Below are positions 1-8,050 of a stretch of 64,000 nucleotides of DNA, one piece after another. The notes beneath the pieces were generated by a model. That model was given only the letters and a program-made list of their open reading frames with translations, searched no databases and was not told where the DNA came from. The DNA is taken from IMG/VR virus record IMGVR_UViG_3300044825_002279, positions 345-64,344 of that record; one strand, given 5' to 3'. The DNA is from a virus. Lineage: Duplodnaviria > Caudoviricetes. The position numbers were made by a program, and so were the translations under genes. Position 1 is the stretch's first letter. Every line of letters starts with the position of its first letter.

Positions 1-124
1 CCCGGCACCACGTGAAAGCCTGAAACTCGGCGCCTTCAGCGGTGCGAACGAAGATGCGGAACGTCGGAGCCATGAAACCCTCCCGGGGCTGATGGGCGGA
101 ATTGCCCGTGGCTTGATTGCTCAT
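1..124 (-). CDS. IS passenger ORF, partial (MSNQATG...FRIFVRTAEGAEFQAFTWCR, runs off the left edge)
   Basis: ATG at 124 with AAGGAG RBS; open to position 1; may join the ...VWAEAV* frame at the right edge. Confidence 0.5.
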   Translation of the reverse strand, partial: MSNQATGNSAHQPREGFMAPTFRIFVRTAEGAEFQAFTWCR

Positions 125-169
125 CGCTATCTCCTTGTGAGCGTTCGTCTTATCCGCTCCATAAGTAGA

Positions 170-198
170 TATCTACCCCGGATATCTCGGGGAGTCAA
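170..198 (-). promoter_or_regulatory. Inward sigma70-type promoter in the IS end
   Basis: Minus strand TTGACT-17 bp-TAGATA. Confidence 0.55.
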
Positions 199-211
199 AT
201 ATATAATTCCC
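184..211. repeat. IS1595 terminal inverted repeat
   Basis: Reverse complement GGGAATTATATATTTGACTCCCCGAGAT vs GGGAACTATATACTTCACTCCCCGACAT at 62269. Confidence 0.85.
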
Positions 212-214
212 ATT

Positions 215-535
215 TTATGCGGCCTCCTGGGCCAGGATCGCGGCGATCTCGTCCGCGGTCAGGGCCGGCTCCAGCGTGGGCTGGGCGGCGTCCGAGTCCT
301 CCTCGGCCATGTCGTCCCAGAACCGCTTCTCGGTCTTGGGCCCGGTCGAGATGTGGACGATCCGGCCCCAGGGCAGGTGGATCATCTCGCCGTCGGTGTC
401 CTGGCTCGTCACGCCCAGGAACCCGGCCCGGACCAGGACGCCTAGAGCGCCCTGCCGGCCGTCGTTCAGGCCCAGCATCACGGGCCGGCCGATGTACCTC
501 CGCGCCACCGCGCGGAGGTAGAGGGTCTTGAGCAT
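215..535 (-). CDS. Hypothetical phage early protein
   Basis: 106 aa; coupled to the upstream ORF; stop codon lies inside the IS target duplication. Confidence 0.7.
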   Translation of the reverse strand: MLKTLYLRAVARRYIGRPVMLGLNDGRQGALGVLVRAGFLGVTSQDTDGEMIHLPWGRIVHISTGPKTEKRFWDDMAEEDSDAAQPTLEPALTADEIAAILAQEAA

Positions 536-807
536 CAGGCGCGCCCCTGCTCGGCCGAGATCTCGGCCTCATGGTTCGCCCCGCGGGGCTCATACCGACC
601 GCACCGGTCCTCCTGCTCGATCAGGAGTGAGATCAGGTGACCCAGCTCGTCCCGGTCGAGCGAGAACGCGATGAACCTGGTCCCGGACCGGAACGTCACG
701 AACGCGGCGCCGCCCTTGGTGCACGCGGAAACGCCGATCTCCTGGACCCCGTGCTTGGGGTGGATCTTGGCCAGGGTCTGGCCGTGGAGCTGGAAGCCGT
801 TCGTCAT
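535..807 (-). CDS. Hypothetical phage protein
   Basis: 90 aa, RBS, part of the leftward operon. Confidence 0.7.
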   Translation of the reverse strand: MTNGFQLHGQTLAKIHPKHGVQEIGVSACTKGGAAFVTFRSGTRFIAFSLDRDELGHLISLLIEQEDRCGRYEPRGANHEAEISAEQGRA

Positions 808-855
808 GGCAAATGGTCCTGTGCGTTATCGGGGTGGCGGGGTCAGGCCGGCCGC

Positions 856-1887
856 CTACCCCACCCCGGTGATCTTCTCCGCGACCAGGCGCTCCAGCGC
901 CCCGTACTCGCCGGCCTGGAGCTTCTCCTCCGCGGCCTTGGCGCGGTCGCGGTACAGGACCCAGTAGCGGTCGGCGTCCGCGGCCTCCGAGCGCTCGAGC
1001 CCGGCCCGCAGGGCGGACATGAACGCCATGGCGCCCTTGACGCGCAGGAGGCCAAGCGGGTCGGGGTCGGGGGCCTGAGTGCGCGCGGACTGCTCGTCGC
1101 GGACCAGGCCGGCGACGAGATCGCTGCCGGGGTTGTTCCCCACCAAGGCCTCGAGCTGCTCGTCCGTGGCATCGCGACACCAGTCCCGGACTCGCCCTTC
1201 GACCTCGCCGGGCGTGAGGGCGACCTCCTCGCCGTAGTAGTCGAACAGGTACGCGAGCTGAGCCGGAGCCGAGGCCCGAGCCGTGTCGCGTGCGGTCGGG
1301 GCTGGGGTCACGTCCCGCATCGGCGGCACGTCGTCGACCTCGTCCTCACCCCACACGCCGAGCAAGGTTTCGGGGCAGTGGCGCCGCGCCCAGAACCGCG
1401 CCGCGAAGTACGCGACCTGCTGCTTGGGGTCGGTGCGCCACAGCGAGGAGCTGCCGGCCACCGCCTTGGCCTCGCCGACCGTGATCGAGTAGGTCCGCGG
1501 CGCGTCCTCGCCCCTGAGCGTGGCACTCACCGTGACCCGGCACTTGTCGCCCTCGCCCTCGTAGTCGAAAGCCAGCGGCGCCTTGACCGGCGCGCGGGTG
1601 TTCACCACCGCGGTGACGAGCTTGCCGCCGAACAGCAGCTTGCCCTTGACCGAATAGGTCTCCTGGGCCACCGCGAACGGCGACATCTCCCAGCGTCGGG
1701 CCTGCTCCACCACGAGGAAACAGTCGGCCGGCTTCCCCTGCAGATGATCGGGGACCAGCTTCATCTCGGACATGACGCTCGCGACCTGCATCATGGCCCC
1801 GAACTGGTCCGGGTCGAAGATCGGGTTGTCCATCTGGAACGGCGCCACTTCCGTGGCGGTCGCATGGGGCAGCTTGGCGATAGCCAT
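856..1887 (-). CDS. recT: RecT/Red-beta-like single-strand annealing protein
   Basis: VPDHLQGKPADC...SPFAVAQETY and W...P.QQ..Y.AAR.WARRHCPE.LLGV motifs; early-left position. Confidence 0.8.
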   Translation of the reverse strand: MAIAKLPHATATEVAPFQMDNPIFDPDQFGAMMQVASVMSEMKLVPDHLQGKPADCFLVVEQARRWEMSPFAVAQETYSVKGKLLFGGKLVTAVVNTRAPVKAPLAFDYEGEGDKCRVTVSATLRGEDAPRTYSITVGEAKAVAGSSSLWRTDPKQQVAYFAARFWARRHCPETLLGVWGEDEVDDVPPMRDVTPAPTARDTARASAPAQLAYLFDYYGEEVALTPGEVEGRVRDWCRDATDEQLEALVGNNPGSDLVAGLVRDEQSARTQAPDPDPLGLLRVKGAMAFMSALRAGLERSEAADADRYWVLYRDRAKAAEEKLQAGEYGALERLVAEKITGVG

Positions 1888-1899
1888 CTGATCAGGCTC

Positions 1900-2805
1900 C
1901 TAGGCCACGCGGGCCTTGTAGGACTCGAAGAACCGGACCCCGCTCAACGGCTGGTCCCCGGCGGCGACAAGGCGCTTCAGGGAGTCGGCGTTCTCGCGCA
2001 TGAACGCCCGCATGGCCTTGTCGATCGCGGCCTCGTCGAAGTAGCGGGAGACCTGCCGGGCCGCCTCGACCCGGTCCGTGATCTCGAAATCCATCTTGGT
2101 CGCGAGCGTGGCCGTGCCGCCCAGGGCGCCGCGCGTGCGCGCCAGATCGGCGGCCTTGGCCTGCGCCAGGCGCTGCGCCTCGTCGGCCTCCTCCTGGGCC
2201 CGCCGGGCTGCCTGGAGCGCTTCGAGCTCGCGCTCGCGGGCAGCATCCTCCTCGCGCCGGCGCCGCTCCTCGGCCTCGCGCTGGGCCGCCAGGGCCTGGG
2301 CCGGGTCGACCTTCGGCGTCAGTGCCGCGATCCTGGCGCGCTCGGCCTCCTCGGCAGCCCGACGGGCGGCCTCCTCCTGCTCGCGGATGCGACGCGCCTC
2401 GGCGGCGGCAGCCTCTGCAGCCTCACGGGCCTTGCGGGCCTCCTCCTCGCGGCGACGGCGCTCCTCGTCGGCCTTGGCCCGGAGGTAGGACTGCATCCGG
2501 CGCTCGACCTCGTCGGCGACCTCCTTCAGGCGGGCCGAGAGTTCGGTGAAGAAGCCGTCGACCGTGCGCTTGGCCTTCAGGAAGTCGTCGCCCTCGGCCT
2601 TGCGGGCCGCTTCGGCATCCTTGGCCGCGGCCTTGATCTGCTTCACGAAGCCTGCGGCCTTGTCGATCGTGGCCTCGTCGATCTTGGCCGGAACCCGGTC
2701 GAGCGCTGCCGCGAGCTCGGCGGTGCGGGTCCGCAGTGCCGCGTACTTGTCCGCCAGCCGCTCCTGGATCGGATCGGCGGCCACGGGCGGGAAGTTCGTG
2801 TCCAT
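1900..2805 (-). CDS. Coiled-coil phage protein (recombination-module associated)
   Basis: 301 aa rich in A/E/R heptads with C-terminal GVRFFE; adjacent to RecT. Confidence 0.7.
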   Translation of the reverse strand: MDTNFPPVAADPIQERLADKYAALRTRTAELAAALDRVPAKIDEATIDKAAGFVKQIKAAAKDAEAARKAEGDDFLKAKRTVDGFFTELSARLKEVADEVERRMQSYLRAKADEERRRREEEARKAREAAEAAAAEARRIREQEEAARRAAEEAERARIAALTPKVDPAQALAAQREAEERRRREEDAARERELEALQAARRAQEEADEAQRLAQAKAADLARTRGALGGTATLATKMDFEITDRVEAARQVSRYFDEAAIDKAMRAFMRENADSLKRLVAAGDQPLSGVRFFESYKARVA

Positions 2806-2815
2806 ATTTGACTCC

Positions 2816-3103
2816 TCAGAATAGGCTTGGCGCGCTGGCCAAGTCGAACGTGGGCGATACTGTCTCGGGACTGTGCGCCGCCCCGATGCGATCGAACTCA
2901 GCCTGGCCGATCGGGTGCAGACGGTGGCCCCATTCCTCGTAGCGGGGCCGCTCGTGCCGCTCGGCGCCGACGTAGAGGACCAGCCTGGGGCGATCCGCGA
3001 CCCGGCCGTCGTCGTCGTGCGAGTTCTCGACCCGGATCAGGACCGCGAGCCAGACGCCCTTGCGGGCAGCGCGCATCTTGTAGGTGCCGGGGCGGAGGAT
3101 CAT
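2816..3103 (-). CDS. Hypothetical protein
   Basis: 95 aa, overlapping start/stop chain. Confidence 0.65.
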   Translation of the reverse strand: MILRPGTYKMRAARKGVWLAVLIRVENSHDDDGRVADRPRLVLYVGAERHERPRYEEWGHRLHPIGQAEFDRIGAAHSPETVSPTFDLASAPSLF

Positions 3104-3417
3104 GGGGCGGGGTCCGTCTGGCTGGGCGCCATGTCCGGCCCGGCCTCGCCGAGCTCGGCGCGCAGCCAGTCGCGGTATTCGTCCGTGACCACGGCCCGGC
3201 GCAGGTTGCCGCGCAGCACTGCACCGCGGATCCAGAGGTAGCTTCGGTTGACCGTGTAGCCGATGTGCTCGACCCGGCCGTCGTCGAGACTGTACGCAAC
3301 CCAGATGAACACAGGGGCGTCGTTGGTACTGCTGCCGAACAAGCAGTCCAGATCATGGAGCGACCGGATCGGCTCGCCCGGCCCGTACTTGCGGGGGCGT
3401 TTCATCTTGCCGCTCAT
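3100..3417 (-). CDS. Hypothetical protein
   Basis: 105 aa, ATGA coupling. Confidence 0.6.
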   Translation of the reverse strand: MSGKMKRPRKYGPGEPIRSLHDLDCLFGSSTNDAPVFIWVAYSLDDGRVEHIGYTVNRSYLWIRGAVLRGNLRRAVVTDEYRDWLRAELGEAGPDMAPSQTDPAP

Positions 3418-3617
3418 CTTGCGGTCTCCCTCACCACCCGCCCGGCATCATGCGCCAGGCGCGCCGCCTGGGTCCGGGCCTCGCGCAGCCGGCCCACCAC
3501 CTCGCAGGCGTGGACGTGCTTGGCCTCGGCCACTGCGAGATCAATCGCGGAAACCAGCCGGCAGAGCCGGTGCGCCCTGACCGCGGGGTCGCGGTGCGCC
3601 ACCTGCGGGGGCATCAC
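3414..3617 (-). CDS. Hypothetical protein
   Basis: 67 aa, 4-nt overlaps at both ends. Confidence 0.55.
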   Translation of the reverse strand: MMPPQVAHRDPAVRAHRLCRLVSAIDLAVAEAKHVHACEVVGRLREARTQAARLAHDAGRVVRETAR

Positions 3618-3817
3618 GCGGCTGCCTCGAGCAGGAGCTTGTCGAGCCCGGCCGGATGGACCCGCAGCCTGCGCTCGGCCTCGCGCCGGGTCTCGACCCG
3701 GAGCTGCCGGACCATGCCGGCCGCGTCCTCGAGCCCGAGTTGGCGCAGCCGCACCGTGATGGATTCCAGGTCGGCCAGGACGTAGGCGACCCGGGAGGAC
3801 AGGCGCTGCTGCGTCAT
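3614..3817 (-). CDS. Hypothetical protein (MTQQRLSSRV...)
   Basis: Internal ATG overlapping the upstream stop. Confidence 0.55.
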   Translation of the reverse strand: MTQQRLSSRVAYVLADLESITVRLRQLGLEDAAGMVRQLRVETRREAERRLRVHPAGLDKLLLEAAA

Positions 3818-4074
3818 GAGCCGATCCTTTCCAGGCGGGACATGCGGGTCACGCGGTCGGCTGGGAGGACCATGCGGGTCCAGGTGAGGGCCACGAGCAG
3901 GCCCGGCTCGTCGCGCCCGATGTGGCGGATCACGGCCGGCCGCTCGACGGTGGCCGAGTGGACCCTGCCGCCGATCCAGACGAGCACCGCGTCGCCCTTG
4001 ACGGGCAGCGGCATGGCCGGGGCGAACTGGTGCTCCAGGCCGGCCGGGAGCGTGGCGGGGGTCGGTCGGGTCAT
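3814..4074 (-). CDS. Hypothetical protein (MTRPTPATL...)
   Basis: AGGAGG RBS, ATGA coupling. Confidence 0.6.
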   Translation of the reverse strand: MTRPTPATLPAGLEHQFAPAMPLPVKGDAVLVWIGGRVHSATVERPAVIRHIGRDEPGLLVALTWTRMVLPADRVTRMSRLERIGS

Positions 4075-4478
4075 TCTGCGGCCTCCTGGCCCCATGGTGC
4101 CAGCGCGCCACCGCGGCTCCACCGCTCCTGCGCCTGAACCATCCCCGCCGTGCCGGGCCGCCAGTCGGCGTGCTCGGCCTGTCGCTCGCGGGCGGCGGTC
4201 ACGCTCAGGGCGGCCTTGGTCGCGGCCTTGAGGTGGTCGCCGAGCAGGCTCAGGTGCCGCCGGACCTCGCCGCCGCCCAGGATGCCGTCGCGCTCGACGT
4301 CGGCCTCGTGGGCCAGAGCGCGGAGCAGCGGGGCGGTGTCGGCGTCGATGCTGCAGAGGCCCTCGAGGTCGGCTGTGGCCTCGTCGTAGAGCGCCGAGCT
4401 GAACGGCTGCTCGAGCAGCTTGCGACCGACCGAGACTATGCGCGGCAGGCGGTCCATGTCGGGGGGCAGGCGGCTCAC
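4071..4478 (-). CDS. Hypothetical protein
   Basis: GTG start overlapping the upstream stop; helical composition. Confidence 0.55.
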   Translation of the reverse strand: MSRLPPDMDRLPRIVSVGRKLLEQPFSSALYDEATADLEGLCSIDADTAPLLRALAHEADVERDGILGGGEVRRHLSLLGDHLKAATKAALSVTAARERQAEHADWRPGTAGMVQAQERWSRGGALAPWGQEAAE

Positions 4479-4678
4479 GACACCCACCCGGCAACCTGCC
4501 GCCCGATCTGCCACACGGCCCAGCCGGCGCAGTAGACCGCGACCCAGAGTAGGCTGGTCGCAATGCCCCAGAGCGGCAGCGCGCGGTGGGGCGGCATCCG
4601 GGGCGTGTCGTCGTTCGCGGGCGGGATGCTCGAGGCCGCAGCGGAGATGCCGGCGGCGAGGTGCAGGGGGTCTTGCAT
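4475..4678 (-). CDS. Small membrane protein
   Basis: 67 aa with one hydrophobic segment. Confidence 0.5.
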   Translation of the reverse strand: MQDPLHLAAGISAAASSIPPANDDTPRMPPHRALPLWGIATSLLWVAVYCAGWAVWQIGRQVAGWVS

Positions 4679-4680
4679 GG

Positions 4681-4932
4681 TCAGAACCCCGCCTTGGTCA
4701 GGATGACCTCGCCAGCGGTGACGGACTTGATCACCAGAGTGCCGCTACTGGGCTCTTTGTCCGCGACTTGGGCGTTGAGGAGCAGAAAGTCCCCGGCCCG
4801 GACCATTCGACTGGCTTCGTTGAAGTAACCGGCCCCGAACACCTCGGTCCGGTGATCCTCGGTCCGGTAGTGCCAGAGGCTGAAGCCGTTGGCGTAGCCT
4901 ATGCAGGACAGGTTCTTCGACTGGTATGCCAT
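4681..4932 (-). CDS. Conserved small phage-associated protein (first gene of the PL operon)
   Basis: YANGFSLWHY...AGYFNEA...RAGD motif; GGAG RBS. Confidence 0.75.
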   Translation of the reverse strand: MAYQSKNLSCIGYANGFSLWHYRTEDHRTEVFGAGYFNEASRMVRAGDFLLLNAQVADKEPSSGTLVIKSVTAGEVILTKAGF

Positions 4933-4967
4933 GGGTCACTCCCACACCGCTATGTGCGGCTGGGGTG

Positions 4968-5011
4968 AGCAAAGATCAAAAAGTTGCGCCGGTCAACTCA
5001 ATTTTTTGAGC
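4968..5011 (-). promoter_or_regulatory. PL-like promoter with operators OL1 (4974-4989) and OL2 (4996-5011)
   Basis: Minus-strand TTGACC -35; GATCAA-AAAG-TTGCGC and ACTCAA-TTTT-TTGAGC match the OR sites. Confidence 0.7.
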
Positions 5012-5034
5012 ATCTCCTGCTCAACTCGACCGGC

Positions 5035-5292
5035 TCAGAACGCGCTCGTGCTCCGGCGGCAGCGCTCATCCACGACAGGACCGGCCGCGCGACCGTCGGC
5101 AAGCACGGGCCACGATCCTATCTGCTGCATGTAGGAGTAGCCGCGATCTAGGCACGCCTGGTGCGCGCTCGGCCCGGCGCTGTCGCAGGTCGAGAGCCAC
5201 GCGATCAGGCCGAGCCCGAGAAGCCCCAGGATGGGGAGCGTCGGCCGCGGATTAGCCGGCTTTGCGCTTGGCCGGACTCTGATCCGCGGCAT
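5035..5292 (-). CDS. Small membrane-anchored protein downstream of the repressor (possible exclusion function)
   Basis: TM segment LPILGLLGLGLIAWL and Cys-containing tail; overlaps the repressor 3' end. Confidence 0.55.
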   Translation of the reverse strand: MPRIRVRPSAKPANPRPTLPILGLLGLGLIAWLSTCDSAGPSAHQACLDRGYSYMQQIGSWPVLADGRAAGPVVDERCRRSTSAF

Positions 5293-5638
5293 CGTCTTCG
5301 GCGTCGATCGCGTCCAGGAGCTCGCGGATCAGCGTCACGAGCTGCCGGACATTGCGGGCGCCTGGCTGCGCAGGGGCGCGCACCGGTGGTTCGGAGCCCT
5401 GCTTGGGCAGGTGGTCCAGGAAATCGTCCGCTACCGGGGCCAGCCCGAGGAACTGGTCGGGCGTGATCCTCAGGACCGCGCAAGCCTTCTTGATGTTCCC
5501 GAAGCTCGGGTTCCGGCCTGCCTTCCAGTTCCGTAGCGAGTTGGCCGAGACGCCCAGCCGGCCACCGAGCACGCGATCACGCCAGCCGGTCCTGGCCTCG
5601 ACCGCCTCGATGATCTCGCGCGTGCTCAAGCTTCGCAT
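5252..5638 (-). CDS. cI: CI-like XRE HTH repressor without a peptidase S24 domain
   Basis: LGVSANSLRNWKAGRNPS...L.ITPDQFLG HTH; divergent from a Cro-like gene. Confidence 0.75.
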   Translation of the reverse strand: MRSLSTREIIEAVEARTGWRDRVLGGRLGVSANSLRNWKAGRNPSFGNIKKACAVLRITPDQFLGLAPVADDFLDHLPKQGSEPPVRAPAQPGARNVRQLVTLIRELLDAIDAEDDAADQSPAKRKAG

Positions 5639-5646
5639 GCCCGGAT

Positions 5647-5721
5647 GATTAAAAAGTTGCGCGCCCATTGCACCTGCAATCTTCTGAGCGCTTGACGTGC
5701 TCAAAAAGTTGCGCTTATGCT
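5647..5721 (+). promoter_or_regulatory. OR region: three 16-bp operators (5647-5662, 5674-5689, 5699-5714) and PR
   Basis: GCTCAA-N4-TTGCGC-type palindromes 25-27 bp apart; TTGACG (5692)-18 bp-TATGCT (5716). Confidence 0.75.
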
Positions 5722-5728
5722 CAACGTC

Positions 5729-5938
5729 ATGGACAGCGTCACCAAAGCCATGACGGACCTGCAGCGAAGGCTTAGCGAATGCGGCCTCAGCGCGCCGGTC
5801 GTTGCCAACGCGGCCGGGGTCAAGCCCAACACGGTCCGGCGCTTCCTGCGGACCGGAGCGGCCAATCGGAAATCTCTGGAGCGGATCGAGCGGGCGCTCA
5901 ACGGTTTCGCGCGCGGCGAGAGCGGTCATGCTGCTTGA
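5729..5938 (+). CDS. cro: Cro-like HTH protein
   Basis: VANAAGVKPNTVRRFLRTG HTH; ATG 5729 preferred because ATG 5717 lies inside the -10 box. Confidence 0.75.
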   Translation: MDSVTKAMTDLQRRLSECGLSAPVVANAAGVKPNTVRRFLRTGAANRKSLERIERALNGFARGESGHAA

Positions 5939-6651
5939 TGCCTCAAGGCTGCCATCGGTCGCTGAGGCCGAGCACCCTGGGCGAGCCGACGCTGCGGTGT
6001 CGTCCTGGAGATGTCTAGCCGGTTCGGCACACAGCGGTTCCTCGCTGCGACACCGGGGCACACGATGATGCACCGCAGCAACATGCGGCACGCGTTCACC
6101 GTTCACGGTAGCGATGTAAATCAACCTGGACGTTTCGAGAGACAATGCGTCCTCCGCAGGGCCCTATTCGTGCGCCGCGATACGCTCGGCGATACCCGTC
6201 ACGATGCCGTTATTTCGAATGCGCCGCAAGGTTGCAATTGTGAGCCTTCGGGTCGCGTAGATCGATTTACCGGTAGCGCTCAAGCTGCGAATGTCGCGCT
6301 GGCGACAGGTCGCGACTTCTACGCGAGCCTTAGCCGCAACTCCACAACCCCAGCGGCAGCTGCCGCGCGCTCCCGGGCCCAGGGTGACGCGACAGCTGCC
6401 GGTCGGGTTTCGGGCCAGCTCGGCCCGGCAGTGGACCTGCGGCCCGGCCAATTTGAGGCGTTTCCTCGCAGATTGGGGTGGGCTCCGGCCCGCCCCGTCT
6501 TTCCGGACCCGATCAATCGGACGCCAGACCCGAGAGGGCTTGCCTCGAAGCGGAACACCGCCGAGCCATCCCGAGTCGTGCGGCCGACGTCGCGTACGGC
6601 TTGCCCGCCGGTCGACGGGCATCCCAGACGGTTGACCTCCCTGTACCCACT

Positions 6652-6685
6652 GGGGCGCTGCCACGCGGTGGCGCCCCGCTTCTTT
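6652..6685 (+). terminator. Probable intrinsic terminator (tR-like)
   Basis: GGGGCGCTGCC-ACGC-GGTGGCGCCCC hairpin followed by GCTTCTTT. Confidence 0.45.
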
Positions 6686-6815
6686 CCCAGGCGCGCCGCA
6701 TGAACGCGGCTCCTGATCGCGATCGGTCCGGTGTGCGGACGTCCGGGCCGATCGCCATCGGGGGTGCCCAGACCGCCCCGGGCATCCGCCACCGGCTGCA
6801 ACACCAGGAACGCTG

Positions 6816-7508
6816 ATGCAGATCGCCAAGGTCAAGAGCTCCAAGGGCCTGATCACCATCAGGGCGCAGGAGATCACGGAAGGCCCCGAGGGCGACAACA
6901 TCAAGCAGATCGAGGTCGAGAGCCGCGAGGAGCCCCGGGCCGAGTTCCACGCCGCCATGGGCGACCTGATCGGCCCGGCGCTCCGGATGGTCGAGGCCCC
7001 CGAGGCCTGGGAACAGGTCGCGACCATCTCGGGCCTCTCGATCACCCACGAGGAAGATCGCGGCATGGGGGCGGTCGTGACGCTCCTGATCCCGCTCGAA
7101 TGCGCGCCCTCGCCGCTGGTGATCAACACGCCCTACCTGCCGAGCCACGGCCGAGACGAGAACGACACCGGGCCATGCCTGCCCTCGGCGCTCGTGAGGG
7201 CGGTCGAGCGCGTCCACGACGAGGCGCTGGCCTACCTGGGCGGCGAGCGCGCGCCGTCGGCGCAGACCGACCTGTTCGCCGCACCGGAGCCCGTCTCGCC
7301 GCTGGACACCATCGCCGACGAGCTCGCGCGCGACCCTGCGCCGCCGGCCGACGACACCCGCGACACCGTCACTTTCACCATCCCGGGCCGCGAGCCGGTG
7401 ACCACCAACATGGCCGGCCTCAAGGCCGCCGCCGACAGGCTCCAGTCGGGCGGCATCCGGCCCGCCCGCGGCCGCCGTCCTGCGCGGCCCAACGCCGAGA
7501 TCCACTAG
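6816..7508 (+). CDS. Hypothetical phage protein
   Basis: 230 aa, AGGA RBS, genome-typical codon usage. Confidence 0.75.
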   Translation: MQIAKVKSSKGLITIRAQEITEGPEGDNIKQIEVESREEPRAEFHAAMGDLIGPALRMVEAPEAWEQVATISGLSITHEEDRGMGAVVTLLIPLECAPSPLVINTPYLPSHGRDENDTGPCLPSALVRAVERVHDEALAYLGGERAPSAQTDLFAAPEPVSPLDTIADELARDPAPPADDTRDTVTFTIPGREPVTTNMAGLKAAADRLQSGGIRPARGRRPARPNAEIH

Positions 7509-7539
7509 CCCGATCCGATCACCGCAAGGAACGTCCGCC

Positions 7540-8049
7540 GTGTCCTTCTTCGCCACCAAACCGACCTCGCACCGCTGCACACCTGCCGACATGGTGGGCG
7601 TCTCGATCAAGTGCGTCCGCAAGACCACCAAGCGGGGCCTCCGGCTCTCGATCGGCCCAGGCGTGGCCCGGACCTACGGGCTCGTGCCCGGCACCCGGGT
7701 CAAGATCCTCTGGGGCCGCGACCAGGACGCGGGCTCCATCCTGGTCGCCAAGGTCGAGGTCGGCGGGGCTGCGCTCAGGCTGCCCGGGAACGTCAAGACC
7801 GGGGCGCTCAGCACCGTCGTGGGCTGCCTGCCCGAGAGCCCGATCGCGGATCACCGGCAGGCGCAGTGGCGGCTCCGGTCCGGCACCATGGACCCCGCCA
7901 AGGTGGCGCCCAAGCCGTACCAGGGCGGCGCCGGCTTCGTGCTCAAGCTGCCCCAGTCCTGGTGGGACCTGGAGGCGTCGCCGACCCAGCAGGCGCTCAG
8001 GACCGTCACGGCGGTGCCGATGCCGGCGGCACGGGAGCGGGCGGCCTGA
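7540..8049 (+). CDS. Hypothetical protein
   Basis: 169 aa, AAGGA RBS, GTG start. Confidence 0.7.
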   Translation: MSFFATKPTSHRCTPADMVGVSIKCVRKTTKRGLRLSIGPGVARTYGLVPGTRVKILWGRDQDAGSILVAKVEVGGAALRLPGNVKTGALSTVVGCLPESPIADHRQAQWRLRSGTMDPAKVAPKPYQGGAGFVLKLPQSWWDLEASPTQQALRTVTAVPMPAARERAA

Positions 8050-8050
8050 G

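Larger units (their letters stand above)
1..211 (-). mobile_element. IS1595-family transposon, end segment wrapping round from the right edge of the window
   Basis: 184-211 is an inverted copy (24/28) of 62269-62296; followed by ATTTTATG (212-219), which also precedes the other end (62261-62268). Confidence 0.8.

Noticed and set aside
6731-8050. N-terminal extension of the 932-aa helicase ORF
   Set aside because: Overlaps two better ORFs; helicase motifs begin at ATG 8051
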